Part shown: positions 47,867 through 57,001 of the stretch, in pieces
Layout: each line of letters begins with the position of its first letter
Position numbering within the stretch: the stretch's first letter is position 1
NCBI GenBank assembly: GCA_963814955.1
Contig: CAWFEX010000016.1
Span: forward strand, 4,105 to 68,104
Reading direction: 5' to 3'
DNA length: 64,000 nt
Source of the DNA: an uncultured Acidobacteriota bacterium
Lineage (GTDB): Bacteria > Acidobacteriota > Vicinamibacteria > Vicinamibacterales > UBA2999
Translations under genes and position numbers: made by a program
Notes under the pieces: model-generated
Told to the model about the DNA's origin: nothing
Seen by the model: the letters and a program-made list of their open reading frames with translations, nothing else
Databases searched by the model: none

Positions 47867-48845
47867 GGGACAAATACTTCACGGGAGCGCCACGACCACT
47901 CACGCCATCCGAGCAGCAATACAGCGATCGAAGGCTTCGATCCAGGCGTTGAGCGAGCGGTACGGATCAATCCCAAGACCGTGGCGAAGTGGCGGAAGCG
48001 CACGAGCCTTGAGGACCGGCCGATGGGACCGAGGGCGCCGCGCTCGACGGTGTTGTCGGCCGACGAGGAAACCCTGATCGTGGCGTTTCGCCGGCACACG
48101 CTGCTGCCGCTCGATGATTGTCTCTATGCCCTGCAGGCGACGGTCCCGCATCTGACGCGGTCCTCGCTGCATCGTCTCTTCCAGCGCCACGAGATCAGCC
48201 GTCTGCCGAGCGGAGGGCACTCGGCCGCGCCAGGCGTTCAAGGACTATCCGCTCGGGTACATCCACATCGATCTCGCGGAGGTCTGGACGGACGAGGGCA
48301 AGCTCTATCTGTTCGTCGCCATCGATCGGGTCAGCAAGTTCGCGTTTGCGGAATTACACGAACGGGCGACGCGACGAATCGCGGCGGACTTTCTCCGCCG
48401 GCTGATCGAGCGTGTTCCCTATCGCATCCACACGGTGCTCACCGACAACGGCTTTCAATTCACCGCTCCACATGGCGGCTGGAGTGTCGGGAGATTCAGC
48501 AGCTGCTCGCAAATCATCGGCCCTTTCGCGCCCATGCCTTTGATTTGGCTGCGCCCAGCACGGCATCGACCATCGCCTCACGAAATTCAACCACCCGTGG
48601 ACCAACGGCCAAGTCGAACGGATGAACCGCACCATCAAGGACGCCACCGTCCGACGGTTCTACTACGAGACGCACGAGAGCCTTCGCACGCATCTGGCAC
48701 GTTCCTCGATGCCTACAACTTTGCGAAGCGCCTGAAGAGCCTTCGCGGTCTCACGCCCTTCGAGCGAATTTGTCAGCTCTGGACAGAGCAGCCTGAACGA
48801 TTCAGACTGAATCCCCTCCACCACATGGCGGGACTGAACATCTAG
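47832..48845 (+). pseudogene. IS481-family transposase, about 5 frame breaks as sequenced
   Basis: Segments in frames 0/2/0/2/1/0: GQILHGSATTTHAIRAAIQRSKASIQALSERYG | INPKTVAKWRKRTSLEDRPMGP..LPLDDCLYALQATVPHLTRSSLHRLFQRHEISRLP | AFKDYPLGYIHIDLAEVWTDEGKLYLFVAIDRVSKFAFAEL..TDNGFQFT | EIQQLLANHRPFRAHAFDLA | AQHGIDHRLTKFNHPWTNGQVERMNRTIKDATV | TFLDAYNFAKRLKSLRGLTPFERICQLW..LNPLHHMAGLNI. The stop TAG is supplied by the duplicated CTAG. Confidence 0.85.
48782..48841. repeat. IS right terminal inverted repeat
   Basis: Its reverse complement reads ATGTTCAGTCCCGCCATGTGGTGGAGGGGATTCAGTCTGAATCGTTCAGGCTGCTCTGTC. Confidence 0.9.
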
Positions 48846-51268
48846 TTCGTTCCCACCCGCAACGGTCCAAACCCGGGTGGCGGGATACGCCGTCGCGACG
48901 CGGCTTCGTACGCAGACGCCACTCTCAGGATCCGGTCTTCTGCGCCCGGCTCCGCTCTGAAGACCAGCGAGAACGGCAAGCCCGGCGCCGGCAACGTGGT
49001 CGGCGTGTTGTTGTTCGTCGCGATGTATCGCTTCCGATCCGGGCTCAGCACGAACGTCGCGTCGTAGGCTTCACGTACGTAACCCGCCGGGATGAGCACT
49101 TCGGTCTCGCCGGCGTACGGTCCCATGCGGAGGTCGCCGCGAGTGTTCCCCTGCGGTCCCGGTTGCGGTGCAAGACCTATCCTTCCGGCGGCAGCGACGT
49201 GTGCAGGCGGACGACGACGTCGAGCCGGTTTTCCTGAATCACCTTCATCTCGACGCGACGGAGGAGCTCGCGCAGCTGGATGCGTTCTGCCGCGGGCTGC
49301 CGTTCGCCAACCGGCGCGCGCACGCTGTCGACCTCCTCCCAGTTCTTCCACCATGCGCGCTGCTCGTCGCTCCAGAACTTCGAGCGGGCGTTCAGCGCCT
49401 GCCAGTCCGACAGCGTTTCCTTCTGAAGCCACGGGCCGCCCAGTCCGCGGCCCGACGGCTGAAGGTACTGGGCCACGTGAAACCGGAACAGCCGCTCGTC
49501 GGCAAGCGTCTGAATGGTGCGAATGTTCAGCGCGCGGGGCGGTGGAATTCGCCCTTCCGCCATCCCCAGCATGTAATCCACCGGCTGTCATCGTTCCCGA
49601 TCCGAACGTGCGGCCGGGTGCAAATTCGGTGGGCTGTATGGCGGCGGCGAATTCCGGGAAGATCGGCTGTCCCGCCCCGTTGACCCGATAAAGCAGCTCC
49701 GGGAAGAAGATCGGCACGAGTTCGGCGAGTGCGCGTGTATAGCTCGTCTGCATGTTCTCGATCTGCCGGATCGTCTGGCCAGAGCGGATCGGTGGATTCC
49801 ACCAGGGTGGCGCCCAGATGTCCCCCGAGAACCTCCTTGATTTCCTTTGCGGCCGCGGTGGCGATCGGCTCGTCCGCCTTGATGCCAGGGAAGGTGAGCA
49901 TCGACTCGCGGATGATCCCGATGCGCATGCCCTTGAGTGACCCTTGCGCGCCAGGCGTGGTTGCCGCCCCGGCAAAGGCGTCGGTCGAGCACGCTGGCGC
50001 GCGGCACTGTCGTAAAGAGGTCGCGCGGATCGTAGTAGCCATTCACTGGATCCTTCAGCGCGTCGAGCACCTTCGCGGAGTCAGTGACGCTGCGGCAGTG
50101 GATGCCGGAGCGGTCGTTGTGGATGTCGGCGCCGATGGCGCCGCCGAGGAACGAGACCATCGATTTGTGCGGCAGGATCAGCGCCACCGAGTTGTGGTTG
50201 GCCGGCCCGCGGCACGACATGCTGGTTTCCTCGCAGATGCTGCACATGACGAGGTTCGCGCTCACCGACGCGCCAGACCCCGAGCTCGAGCCGAGCGAGG
50301 CTGCGCGCGTCGCGTCGTACGCGCTGTGCGGGTTGCCCGCTCCAACTGCTGCGCTGGTAGCCGAGGTCCGAGACGAGGATCTTTTCCGGCTCGTGCCGGC
50401 CGCCGGGGCGGCGCCGGGATTCCGTTGTATTCCGTGTTTACGGCCTTGGCATAGATGATCGCGCCCTTCTGGCGCAGCTGGGCGACGAGCGTGTGGTCGC
50501 GGGCGGGGAAGTCGATGTCGTACCGCGCATCGGCCGCCGCTGTCGTGCGCATGTCCATCGTGTCGAATGGATCCTTGAACGAGAATGGAATGCAGTACAT
50601 CGGCAGCTTCGCGAGATCGGGCCGCGCGCCGAACTGTGCATCGAGCTCTGCCGCGCGCTCGAGGGCATCCGGCTGCCTGCGGAACTCCTCGCAGACGGCG
50701 GGCGATCCTGCCGGCAAGGGGCCCATGCGATGGATGTCGGTCGCGATCGCCTTTGCACGTGACCGATCGCTCACCGCGCAGGTTCAGCGTGCCGAGCGCG
50801 TTGATCTGCCCCGAGTTCGGCGTGCCGACGGTCATGCCGTACTGCTGCTGCACGTCGGGGTCGGACGCAGTCGGTTCCATTCGTCCGAACTCGATCGGCG
50901 GTCCGGCGTACTGGTCGAAATCCGGCAGCAGCGTCGAGACCGCGACCGTCTCGGTCGGGAACGTGCAGCGGCGATCCCGCACGGACCGTGCCTCGGGCGT
51001 CGGGAATCGGTGCGCCATCACGCGTGACGAGCCGGTCGCTGACGCCGTTGTAGGCCTTGGCGCGATCGACATACGCCTGGACGAGTCCGCGGCAGGTGAT
51101 CTGTCCCTGCTGGATTGCCCGATGCACGTCTGCGATCGTCGCCTCCACCACCTCGAAGCGGCCCGGCTGTGACTGGGCGCCCTGCGACTGCACGAGGGGC
51201 AGCCCGACGAGGGTGATGGCGAAGAGTGTGAGCGGGACGACGAACAGCGCCCGTTTGCCGATCGACAT
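48842..51268 (-). pseudogene. exported amidase-signature family protein (~808 codons), about 8-9 frame breaks as sequenced
   Basis: ATG 51268 with signal MSIGKRALFVVPLTLFAITLVGLPLVQSQG and FEVVEATIADVHRAIQQGQITCRGLVQAYVDR. Further segments: ..PMYCIPFSFKDPFDTMDMRTTAAADARYDIDFPARDHTLVAQLRQKGAIIYAKAV; amidase signature LGSSSGSGASVSANLVMCSICEET; later parts in ORFs 49527-50042, 49177-49581 and 48842-49975. Total length is a multiple of 3. Confidence 0.75.
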
Positions 51269-51348
51269 AAGAGCCTCCAAAAACACGTCAGGCGGGGGCA
51301 CCGTCAAACGACGCCTCCCGCCTGCGAGCTTGCGGTTGCCGGTCCAGG

Positions 51349-51383
51349 CTACCAACTACCAACTACCAACTACCAACTACCGA
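51349..51383. repeat. heptamer tandem repeat CTACCAA x5
   Basis: ctaccaa x4 plus ctaccga, between the amidase start (51268) and the MBL hydrolase stop (51391). Confidence 0.9.
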
Positions 51384-51390
51384 CTAGCCC

Positions 51391-52317
51391 TCACTTCGTC
51401 TCGTTGTAGATCGTCTGCGCGTCGGCGCGAATCCGCGCCGGCTGCGCCATGTATCCGGCCGGCGGCTTCCAGCTGTTGGCGAAATCGTCAACCGATTTGC
51501 CCGCCTTCTTCGCCTCCTGAACGGCCGTCACGTAACCGCGGATGAACTGAATGTAGTTCTTGAGATCCGCGTTCGTGCTGGTGGTGGCGTTGTGCCCGTT
51601 GACGATGACGTCGGCGTTCTTTTCGGTGAACGCCAATGCCTTCGTCAGCGTGTCGGCATAGCCCACGCCCGTGCCGCCGTTGTTCGAGTCCATGATCGGG
51701 AGCTCGCTCCCGGGGAACACGTCGGCGATGTGGAACACGCGATGCGCGGGGAAGAACACCATGGCGTCGCCGTTGGTGTGCGCACGGCCGAAGTACATGA
51801 GATCGATCTGCTCGGCGCCGCTGCCAATCGTCATCTTGTCGGTGAACGTCCGCTTGGCCAGCCCCTTGCCGTTATTCTCGCTGAAGATGTTGCGCGGGTT
51901 CGGGTTCGGCGCCGCCGACGAGTTCGGCCGCATCTCCTTCATGTTCGCGGCGGTGTTCGCGTGCGTGACGATGTCGATTTCGGCCGGGAACTCGACGTTG
52001 CCGCTCACGTGATCGCCGTGCGTGTGCGTGTTGACGATCATCGTGACCGGCCGGTTGGTCACCTTCTTGATCGCGTCCAGCAGCGGCTGTCCCCATCCCG
52101 GGTTCTTCGTGTCGACGACGACCACGCCTTTGGCGGTAATGAACACGGAGCTGTTCCCGCCGCCACCCTTCATGACGAACAGGTTGTCTTTCAGCTTGTC
52201 GATTTCGACGACCATCGGAGCTTGCTGTCCGCCGGCCGGCGGCTGCTGAAACGCCGCGACCGTCAATGACAGGGCGCCGGTCGCTATGAGAAAGCCCAGC
52301 ACGATGACTCTCCGCAT
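51391..52317 (-). CDS. exported MBL-fold metallo-hydrolase
   Basis: ATG 52317, signal MRRVIVLGFLIATGALSLTVAAFQ, motif VNTHTHGDHVSGN (HxHxDH). Confidence 0.85.
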   Translation of the reverse strand: MRRVIVLGFLIATGALSLTVAAFQQPPAGGQQAPMVVEIDKLKDNLFVMKGGGGNSSVFITAKGVVVVDTKNPGWGQPLLDAIKKVTNRPVTMIVNTHTHGDHVSGNVEFPAEIDIVTHANTAANMKEMRPNSSAAPNPNPRNIFSENNGKGLAKRTFTDKMTIGSGAEQIDLMYFGRAHTNGDAMVFFPAHRVFHIADVFPGSELPIMDSNNGGTGVGYADTLTKALAFTEKNADVIVNGHNATTSTNADLKNYIQFIRGYVTAVQEAKKAGKSVDDFANSWKPPAGYMAQPARIRADAQTIYNETK

Positions 52318-52383
52318 CACTCCCTCCTCAGACGACAGATGATATCCCATGTAGGCCGGGTGCCGGCGCGAGTGCCCCACTTT

Positions 52384-53697
52384 CTAGTTGGTTGCGCTCG
52401 GCCGCGGTCCCGTATACCGCAGCACCCACATACCCTGGTTCTTGTTGGTGATGTACACGTAACCGCGCCGGTCCACGAGCACGTCTTCCGTCTGCTCGAC
52501 GAGCTTGTCCGGAACTGGTCCGTAGCGCTTCACCGGGTCGGGCGGAATGAAATATCCGGCCTCTTTCGGCAGGCGCGGGTTCGAAATGTCGTACACCCGC
52601 AACCCCGCGTTGAAGTAGGTCAGGTACATCAGCGAGTCCTGTTTCTGGACGTCGGGATGATGCTGCAAGTGATTGATGTTGTGGGGGCCGAACCGTGCGC
52701 CCTTCTCGCAGAAGTCCCGGTACTTGGCGCCGGGAGGCGGAGCGGGCACCGGCATGATCGAGAGCAGGCGCGGCCGCGTCTCATCGGAGATGTCGATCAG
52801 CGAGGCCTGTCCAAGGCCCTCGCGGCAATCTTCGGCGATGGCCTCGGAGTTGACCCACACCAGATTGCGGCTCTTGATCGGAAGGATCGAATGCACCGGA
52901 ATGCCGCCGTCGAAAGGCCCGGTGAAATCGAGATGACCCACCTGACGCGGCTTCGTGATGTCGCTGATGTCGAGGATGAACATGCCGGCGGCGCCATAGT
53001 CGAGATAGGCGCGGTTCCCTTCGACGATCGCCGGCCCGTGCAGCTGCATGCCGTCCTCCGGCTTTTCACCCGCGGCGACGTGCTGGCCGGGCGCCGACCA
53101 TCGCGCCACTTCTTTCGGGTTCGCCGGATCCGAGATGTCGACGATCACGAGTAGTTCGTCCTGATATCCCGGCAGCGCGGCGGCGGCGTACACATAGCGG
53201 CCTCCGGGGTAACCGTTTCGATGGGTCCCTCGGCCGCCGGTCTTCCACTGCCCGAGCTTCTTCGGGTTCACAGGATCGCTGATGTCCCAGATCAGGAAAC
53301 CCTCGTCGTGCGGTTTCGACGGGTCGCCGCCCCAGCGGCGCGACACCTGCTCCAGGCCGGTAATCATGATGTTGTCGTGCAGGTCCATTTGAATCGACCA
53401 CGTGTTCTCCGGTCCGGCGACGAACTTGAGCACCTCCGGTTTTTTCGGATCGGTGACATCGAGGATCGTCCACCCGCGGTGCCAGAGGTGGCCCATGTAC
53501 ATGTACCAGCGGCCGTTGACCTCGCGGATCGCCATCTTGAAACCGGGACGTCCGCCTGTCTCGCTGTACGCCACGACTTCGAAGTTCGAGGCGGCATAGC
53601 CCTGGGGAAAGTTGCTCTGCGCGGTTTGTGTAAACGCCGGCGGCACGGCAAGCGCGAGTGCGGCAGATGCCAGGGCGAGTGCAATGAGATGTTTCAT
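52384..53697 (-). CDS. exported LVIVD-repeat beta-propeller protein
   Basis: ATG 53697 with a signal peptide. Repeats WTILDVTDPKKPEV, FLIWDISDPVNPKK, LLVIVDISDPANPKE, MFILDISDITKPRQ, ASLIDISDETRPRL, LRVYDISNPRLPKE. Confidence 0.85.
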   Translation of the reverse strand: MKHLIALALASAALALAVPPAFTQTAQSNFPQGYAASNFEVVAYSETGGRPGFKMAIREVNGRWYMYMGHLWHRGWTILDVTDPKKPEVLKFVAGPENTWSIQMDLHDNIMITGLEQVSRRWGGDPSKPHDEGFLIWDISDPVNPKKLGQWKTGGRGTHRNGYPGGRYVYAAAALPGYQDELLVIVDISDPANPKEVARWSAPGQHVAAGEKPEDGMQLHGPAIVEGNRAYLDYGAAGMFILDISDITKPRQVGHLDFTGPFDGGIPVHSILPIKSRNLVWVNSEAIAEDCREGLGQASLIDISDETRPRLLSIMPVPAPPPGAKYRDFCEKGARFGPHNINHLQHHPDVQKQDSLMYLTYFNAGLRVYDISNPRLPKEAGYFIPPDPVKRYGPVPDKLVEQTEDVLVDRRGYVYITNKNQGMWVLRYTGPRPSATN

Positions 53698-53725
53698 AGC
53701 GACAGTGATCTCCACAGAAAAACGA

Positions 53726-53837
53726 ATGGCGGGTCCGCAGCTCGATGACAATGCCTCGCTGCGGGACCCGCCCCACCAGAACAGGATGGCGGGTCCGCAG
53801 CTCGATGACAGATGCCTCGCTGCGGGACCCGCCCTAC
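53726..53837. repeat. two tandem copies of a ~60-bp hairpin repeat
   Basis: ATGGCGGGTCCGCAGCTCGATGACA(A/GA)TGCCTCGCTGCGGGACCCGCC at 53726-53772 and 53786-53833, followed by CTAC 53834-53837. Each copy folds as GGCGGGTCCGCAGC / GCTGCGGGACCCGCC. Confidence 0.85.
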
Positions 53838-53838
53838 A

Positions 53839-56700
53839 CTAGAACGTCAGCCTGAATCCGAGCTGCATCGAGCGGAACTGGCCGTTGATCGGATCCAGAT
53901 AGTCGGCCGCGCTTTCCTGGTTGCCGAGCTGATAGTTCGGCCGGTTGAACACATTGAAGACTTCCCAGATTCCGTCGAGCGCAAGCCGTCCCGGAAGCGG
54001 TACGCGCTGCTGGAAGCGAAGGTCCGTCCGGTTCTGGGCTGGCGCGAACAGCGAGTTCAACGGGACGATCGAACCATCCGGCCGCAGCCGCTGGCTGAAG
54101 TCGCCGCCGGTGTTTCGCAGGTCGCCTCCATAGAACGTCTCCATGCGGATGCCTGCCGCCATGAAGTGCAGCGCACTCAACTGGAAGCCACCGCCGACCT
54201 GCCAGATCCCGTTGAAGACCAGCCGGTGCCGCTGATCGTCGGCCGACGGCCCGAATTCGCCGCCGAGGTCAGGCTGCGTCGCGAACGGCACGAACTCGAG
54301 CCCGCTCACCGGCGGTGAGTCCGCAGTTTTCAGACTGGCCAGTGTGTAGGTAACCGAGCCCTGCCAGTTGTTGCTGTACCGCTTGGTAAACGCGGTCTGC
54401 AGCGCGTGATACTCGGACCGGCCGTTGTGCGTCATCATCGTGACGACACCCCAGTCCGGGAACGGACGCCTTGAAACGTCCGAGAACGCGTAATTCGCGC
54501 CGGTCGCCGGGTTGTACGTGAGATTCACGTTGTCGATCACGTCCTTTTCGTCCCTGCCGCGCGTATAGATGTAATCCGCCTCGAACGCCATCGTCTGACC
54601 GAACTGGCGCTGGAACCCGATGGAGTTCTGCCAACTCTGTTGGAGCTTCATCATGCTGGGCGGAGAGGTGACTTCCAGCGCATCGCGAACGAGACAGCCC
54701 GGGCGGTTGTTCACGTGGCAGAACGTCGCCAGCGCCCCCTGGAGGTCCGGGAGCGGAGCGCCGTTGAGCGGATCGGCCGCGAAGTTCGGGCGGCCGTCGT
54801 TGGTCACGCGGATCTGGGCGATCTGGACGTTGCCTCGCGCAAAGCTCTGGTCGCCGCCGAGCGCGTCACCGTAATAGAGGCCCGAGCCTCCACGAATGAC
54901 GGTCTGGTCGTTCACCTGCCATGCAAAACCGACGCGCGGCTGAACGTTGTCCGTGTCGTTCGGACGCCCGGCGCGCTGCCACGGCAGGAACTCGATGTCG
55001 TTCGCGAAGATGTTCAACCCGAGGTCGTAGCGGACGCCAAGGTTCAGCGTCACGCGGTCGGACACCCTCCAGTCGTCCTGAACCCACGCGCCGAACTTCT
55101 GTGACGGCACCGGGACGACGAAGTCACCGACTCCGATCACGTAGGACCGGGTGATCGACGAAAGGGCGGCAAGATTCCAGGTATCCACGTTGAACGCATC
55201 CGGGAAGATCGCCTGCAGTGCCGCGTCAGACGGCCGCGCGCCGCCGCGCGCGTCGATCACTCCGCCGCACTGGCGGCAGTTCGCCTGAATCTGATCGCGG
55301 TCGAGATACTCCACTCCGCTTCGCATGTCGTGCCGCCCTGCGGCGTCGTAGGAGAAGGTGAAGTCGTCCCGGACACTCCAGACGCGCTGATCCTGATAGC
55401 GCGGCAGGTACTGGTTCGGTGTGTTGTTGAAGCCGGTGAACTGAATCCGGGGGGATCCGTTCGTGATGCCGTTGGCGCGCTGCCAGTGATTCGACCACTG
55501 CGTCAAGCCCGCGTTGGCGAACTTGAAGTACGAGTAGCCGACTTTCACCTCGTTGACCGCACGGTTGCTCATCACATGCGTCAGCTGTCCGAGGCCTTCG
55601 TTGTTCTCCTCGCGGGTGTTGTTCGTGGCCGCGGGATGGTTGTTGCTCTGGCCGGCTCCGAACGGCTGGAAGAAACGGCCCGCGCTTCCTTTGCCCATCA
55701 GGCGCAGCGACGGCGACAGCTGGTAATCGGCGCGCAAACCGCCCATCTTCTGCGTCTGCTTTCCGCTGATCTCGACATTGAAGGCCGGGAAGGGCGTGTT
55801 CCAAATGCTGCTGCGCGGCTCGCGCTCGTATTCGTAATTCCCGAAGTAGTGCAGCTTGTCACGGATGATCGGTCCGCCGGCCGCCCCGCTGATCTGCTGG
55901 TTGTTGATCGGCACCACACGGTCGAGCACCGGGTGCTCCGCGTTGAGCGAATCGTCGCGGAAGTTGCCGCGGAGCAGCCCGGACAGCTGGTTCGTGCCCG
56001 ATTTCGTCACGACGTTGACCTGGACGCCGGACGAGCGGCCGAGCGTCGCGTCGAAGCGGTTCGAGAGGAACTGGAACTCGGCGATCGAATCCTGGCTGTA
56101 GCGCGGCTGTCCGCCGGCGCCGATTTCCGCCGACACCTGCTGGCCGTCGACGTTCAGCTGGAACTCGCGGTTCTCACCGTCGTTTCGGTCGGGTAACGGC
56201 GTCGTCGCGTTCGTCGAACTCGTACGGCTCCCGGGCGCCAGCAGCGCCAGCGCCATCCAGTTGCGGCCGTTGACCGGTAGCTCCTGCACCTGTGTCGGAT
56301 CGACGTTGCCGCCCAAGCTCGATGTCGTGACGTTCAACAGCGGGGCCTCCGCGGTAACCGTCACCGTCTCCTGCACGGTTGAGGGCGACATCTGCGTATC
56401 CAACGAAGCTGTCTGTCCGACCAGGAGCTGGACACCGGTTCGCTGCACGGTCGTGAAACCCTGCAGCTCGACGCTGATTCGATACGTGCCGACGCGGAGC
56501 GGAATGCGATAGATGCCGCGTTCATCGGTGACGCCGGTGAACGTGTTGCCCGTCGCCTCGTTGACGGCCGTGATGGTGACGCCGGGCAAAACCGCGCCGG
56601 TCGCATCGGTAACAGTGCCGGTCATTGTGGCTTCCTGCGCGAAAGCCATCGCCGGTAACGTCAAGAACATGACGATCAGAAACCGTCGTACCAAGTTCAT
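53839..56700 (-). CDS. TonB-dependent receptor with N-terminal carboxypeptidase-regulatory-like domain (paralog 1)
   Basis: ATG 56700, signal MNLVRRFLIVMFLTLPAMAFAQ. CarboxypepD_reg-like GTVTDATGAVLPGVTITAVNEATGNTF..GIYRIP; plug-like VQELPVNGRNWMALALLAPG. The C-terminus ends RSMQLGFRLTF (terminal Phe). Confidence 0.85.
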   Translation of the reverse strand: MNLVRRFLIVMFLTLPAMAFAQEATMTGTVTDATGAVLPGVTITAVNEATGNTFTGVTDERGIYRIPLRVGTYRISVELQGFTTVQRTGVQLLVGQTASLDTQMSPSTVQETVTVTAEAPLLNVTTSSLGGNVDPTQVQELPVNGRNWMALALLAPGSRTSSTNATTPLPDRNDGENREFQLNVDGQQVSAEIGAGGQPRYSQDSIAEFQFLSNRFDATLGRSSGVQVNVVTKSGTNQLSGLLRGNFRDDSLNAEHPVLDRVVPINNQQISGAAGGPIIRDKLHYFGNYEYEREPRSSIWNTPFPAFNVEISGKQTQKMGGLRADYQLSPSLRLMGKGSAGRFFQPFGAGQSNNHPAATNNTREENNEGLGQLTHVMSNRAVNEVKVGYSYFKFANAGLTQWSNHWQRANGITNGSPRIQFTGFNNTPNQYLPRYQDQRVWSVRDDFTFSYDAAGRHDMRSGVEYLDRDQIQANCRQCGGVIDARGGARPSDAALQAIFPDAFNVDTWNLAALSSITRSYVIGVGDFVVPVPSQKFGAWVQDDWRVSDRVTLNLGVRYDLGLNIFANDIEFLPWQRAGRPNDTDNVQPRVGFAWQVNDQTVIRGGSGLYYGDALGGDQSFARGNVQIAQIRVTNDGRPNFAADPLNGAPLPDLQGALATFCHVNNRPGCLVRDALEVTSPPSMMKLQQSWQNSIGFQRQFGQTMAFEADYIYTRGRDEKDVIDNVNLTYNPATGANYAFSDVSRRPFPDWGVVTMMTHNGRSEYHALQTAFTKRYSNNWQGSVTYTLASLKTADSPPVSGLEFVPFATQPDLGGEFGPSADDQRHRLVFNGIWQVGGGFQLSALHFMAAGIRMETFYGGDLRNTGGDFSQRLRPDGSIVPLNSLFAPAQNRTDLRFQQRVPLPGRLALDGIWEVFNVFNRPNYQLGNQESAADYLDPINGQFRSMQLGFRLTF

Positions 56701-57001
56701 TCGAGTTCCTCCAGGGGGTCCGGTGATTCGTTCGATGATCGATATGGCCGCCTTTTGCCGCGACCTCGAGGCGAGGCACGGATCGTCCGGCGGTCGGGTC
56801 GCGCGACGACCCAGCCGAACATTGTCCTCGAAAATTGAGTGGCGTGGGACGTGGCCGGCCCAGCACGGGCCGACCCGGCAGTTCGGGGCCGACACCTCAG
56901 CAGTTCAGGAGGGAGGGTCGATGGGTGGAGAAGTGGAAAAGCGGATTGTACCTCCAAGCTGGCTTTCGAGGCCTTTCCTAGCGGTTCTTCCACTTTCATT
57001 A

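Larger units (their letters stand above)
47807..48841 (+). mobile_element. IS481-family insertion sequence (1035 bp) with 4-bp CTAG target-site duplication
   Basis: 60-bp imperfect terminal inverted repeats (about 54/60 matching). CTAG at 47803-47806 and 48842-48845. Internal DDE transposase of the IS481 type. Confidence 0.9.

Noticed and set aside
47807-48625. ORF starting at the first base of the IS (MFSPGSVVDG...) as the transposase start.
   Set aside because: Its first ~55 codons are out of frame relative to the conserved IS481 N-terminus (GQILHGSATTTHAIRAAIQ), which lies in the frame of ATG 47832. The ORF becomes real only after the first shift.
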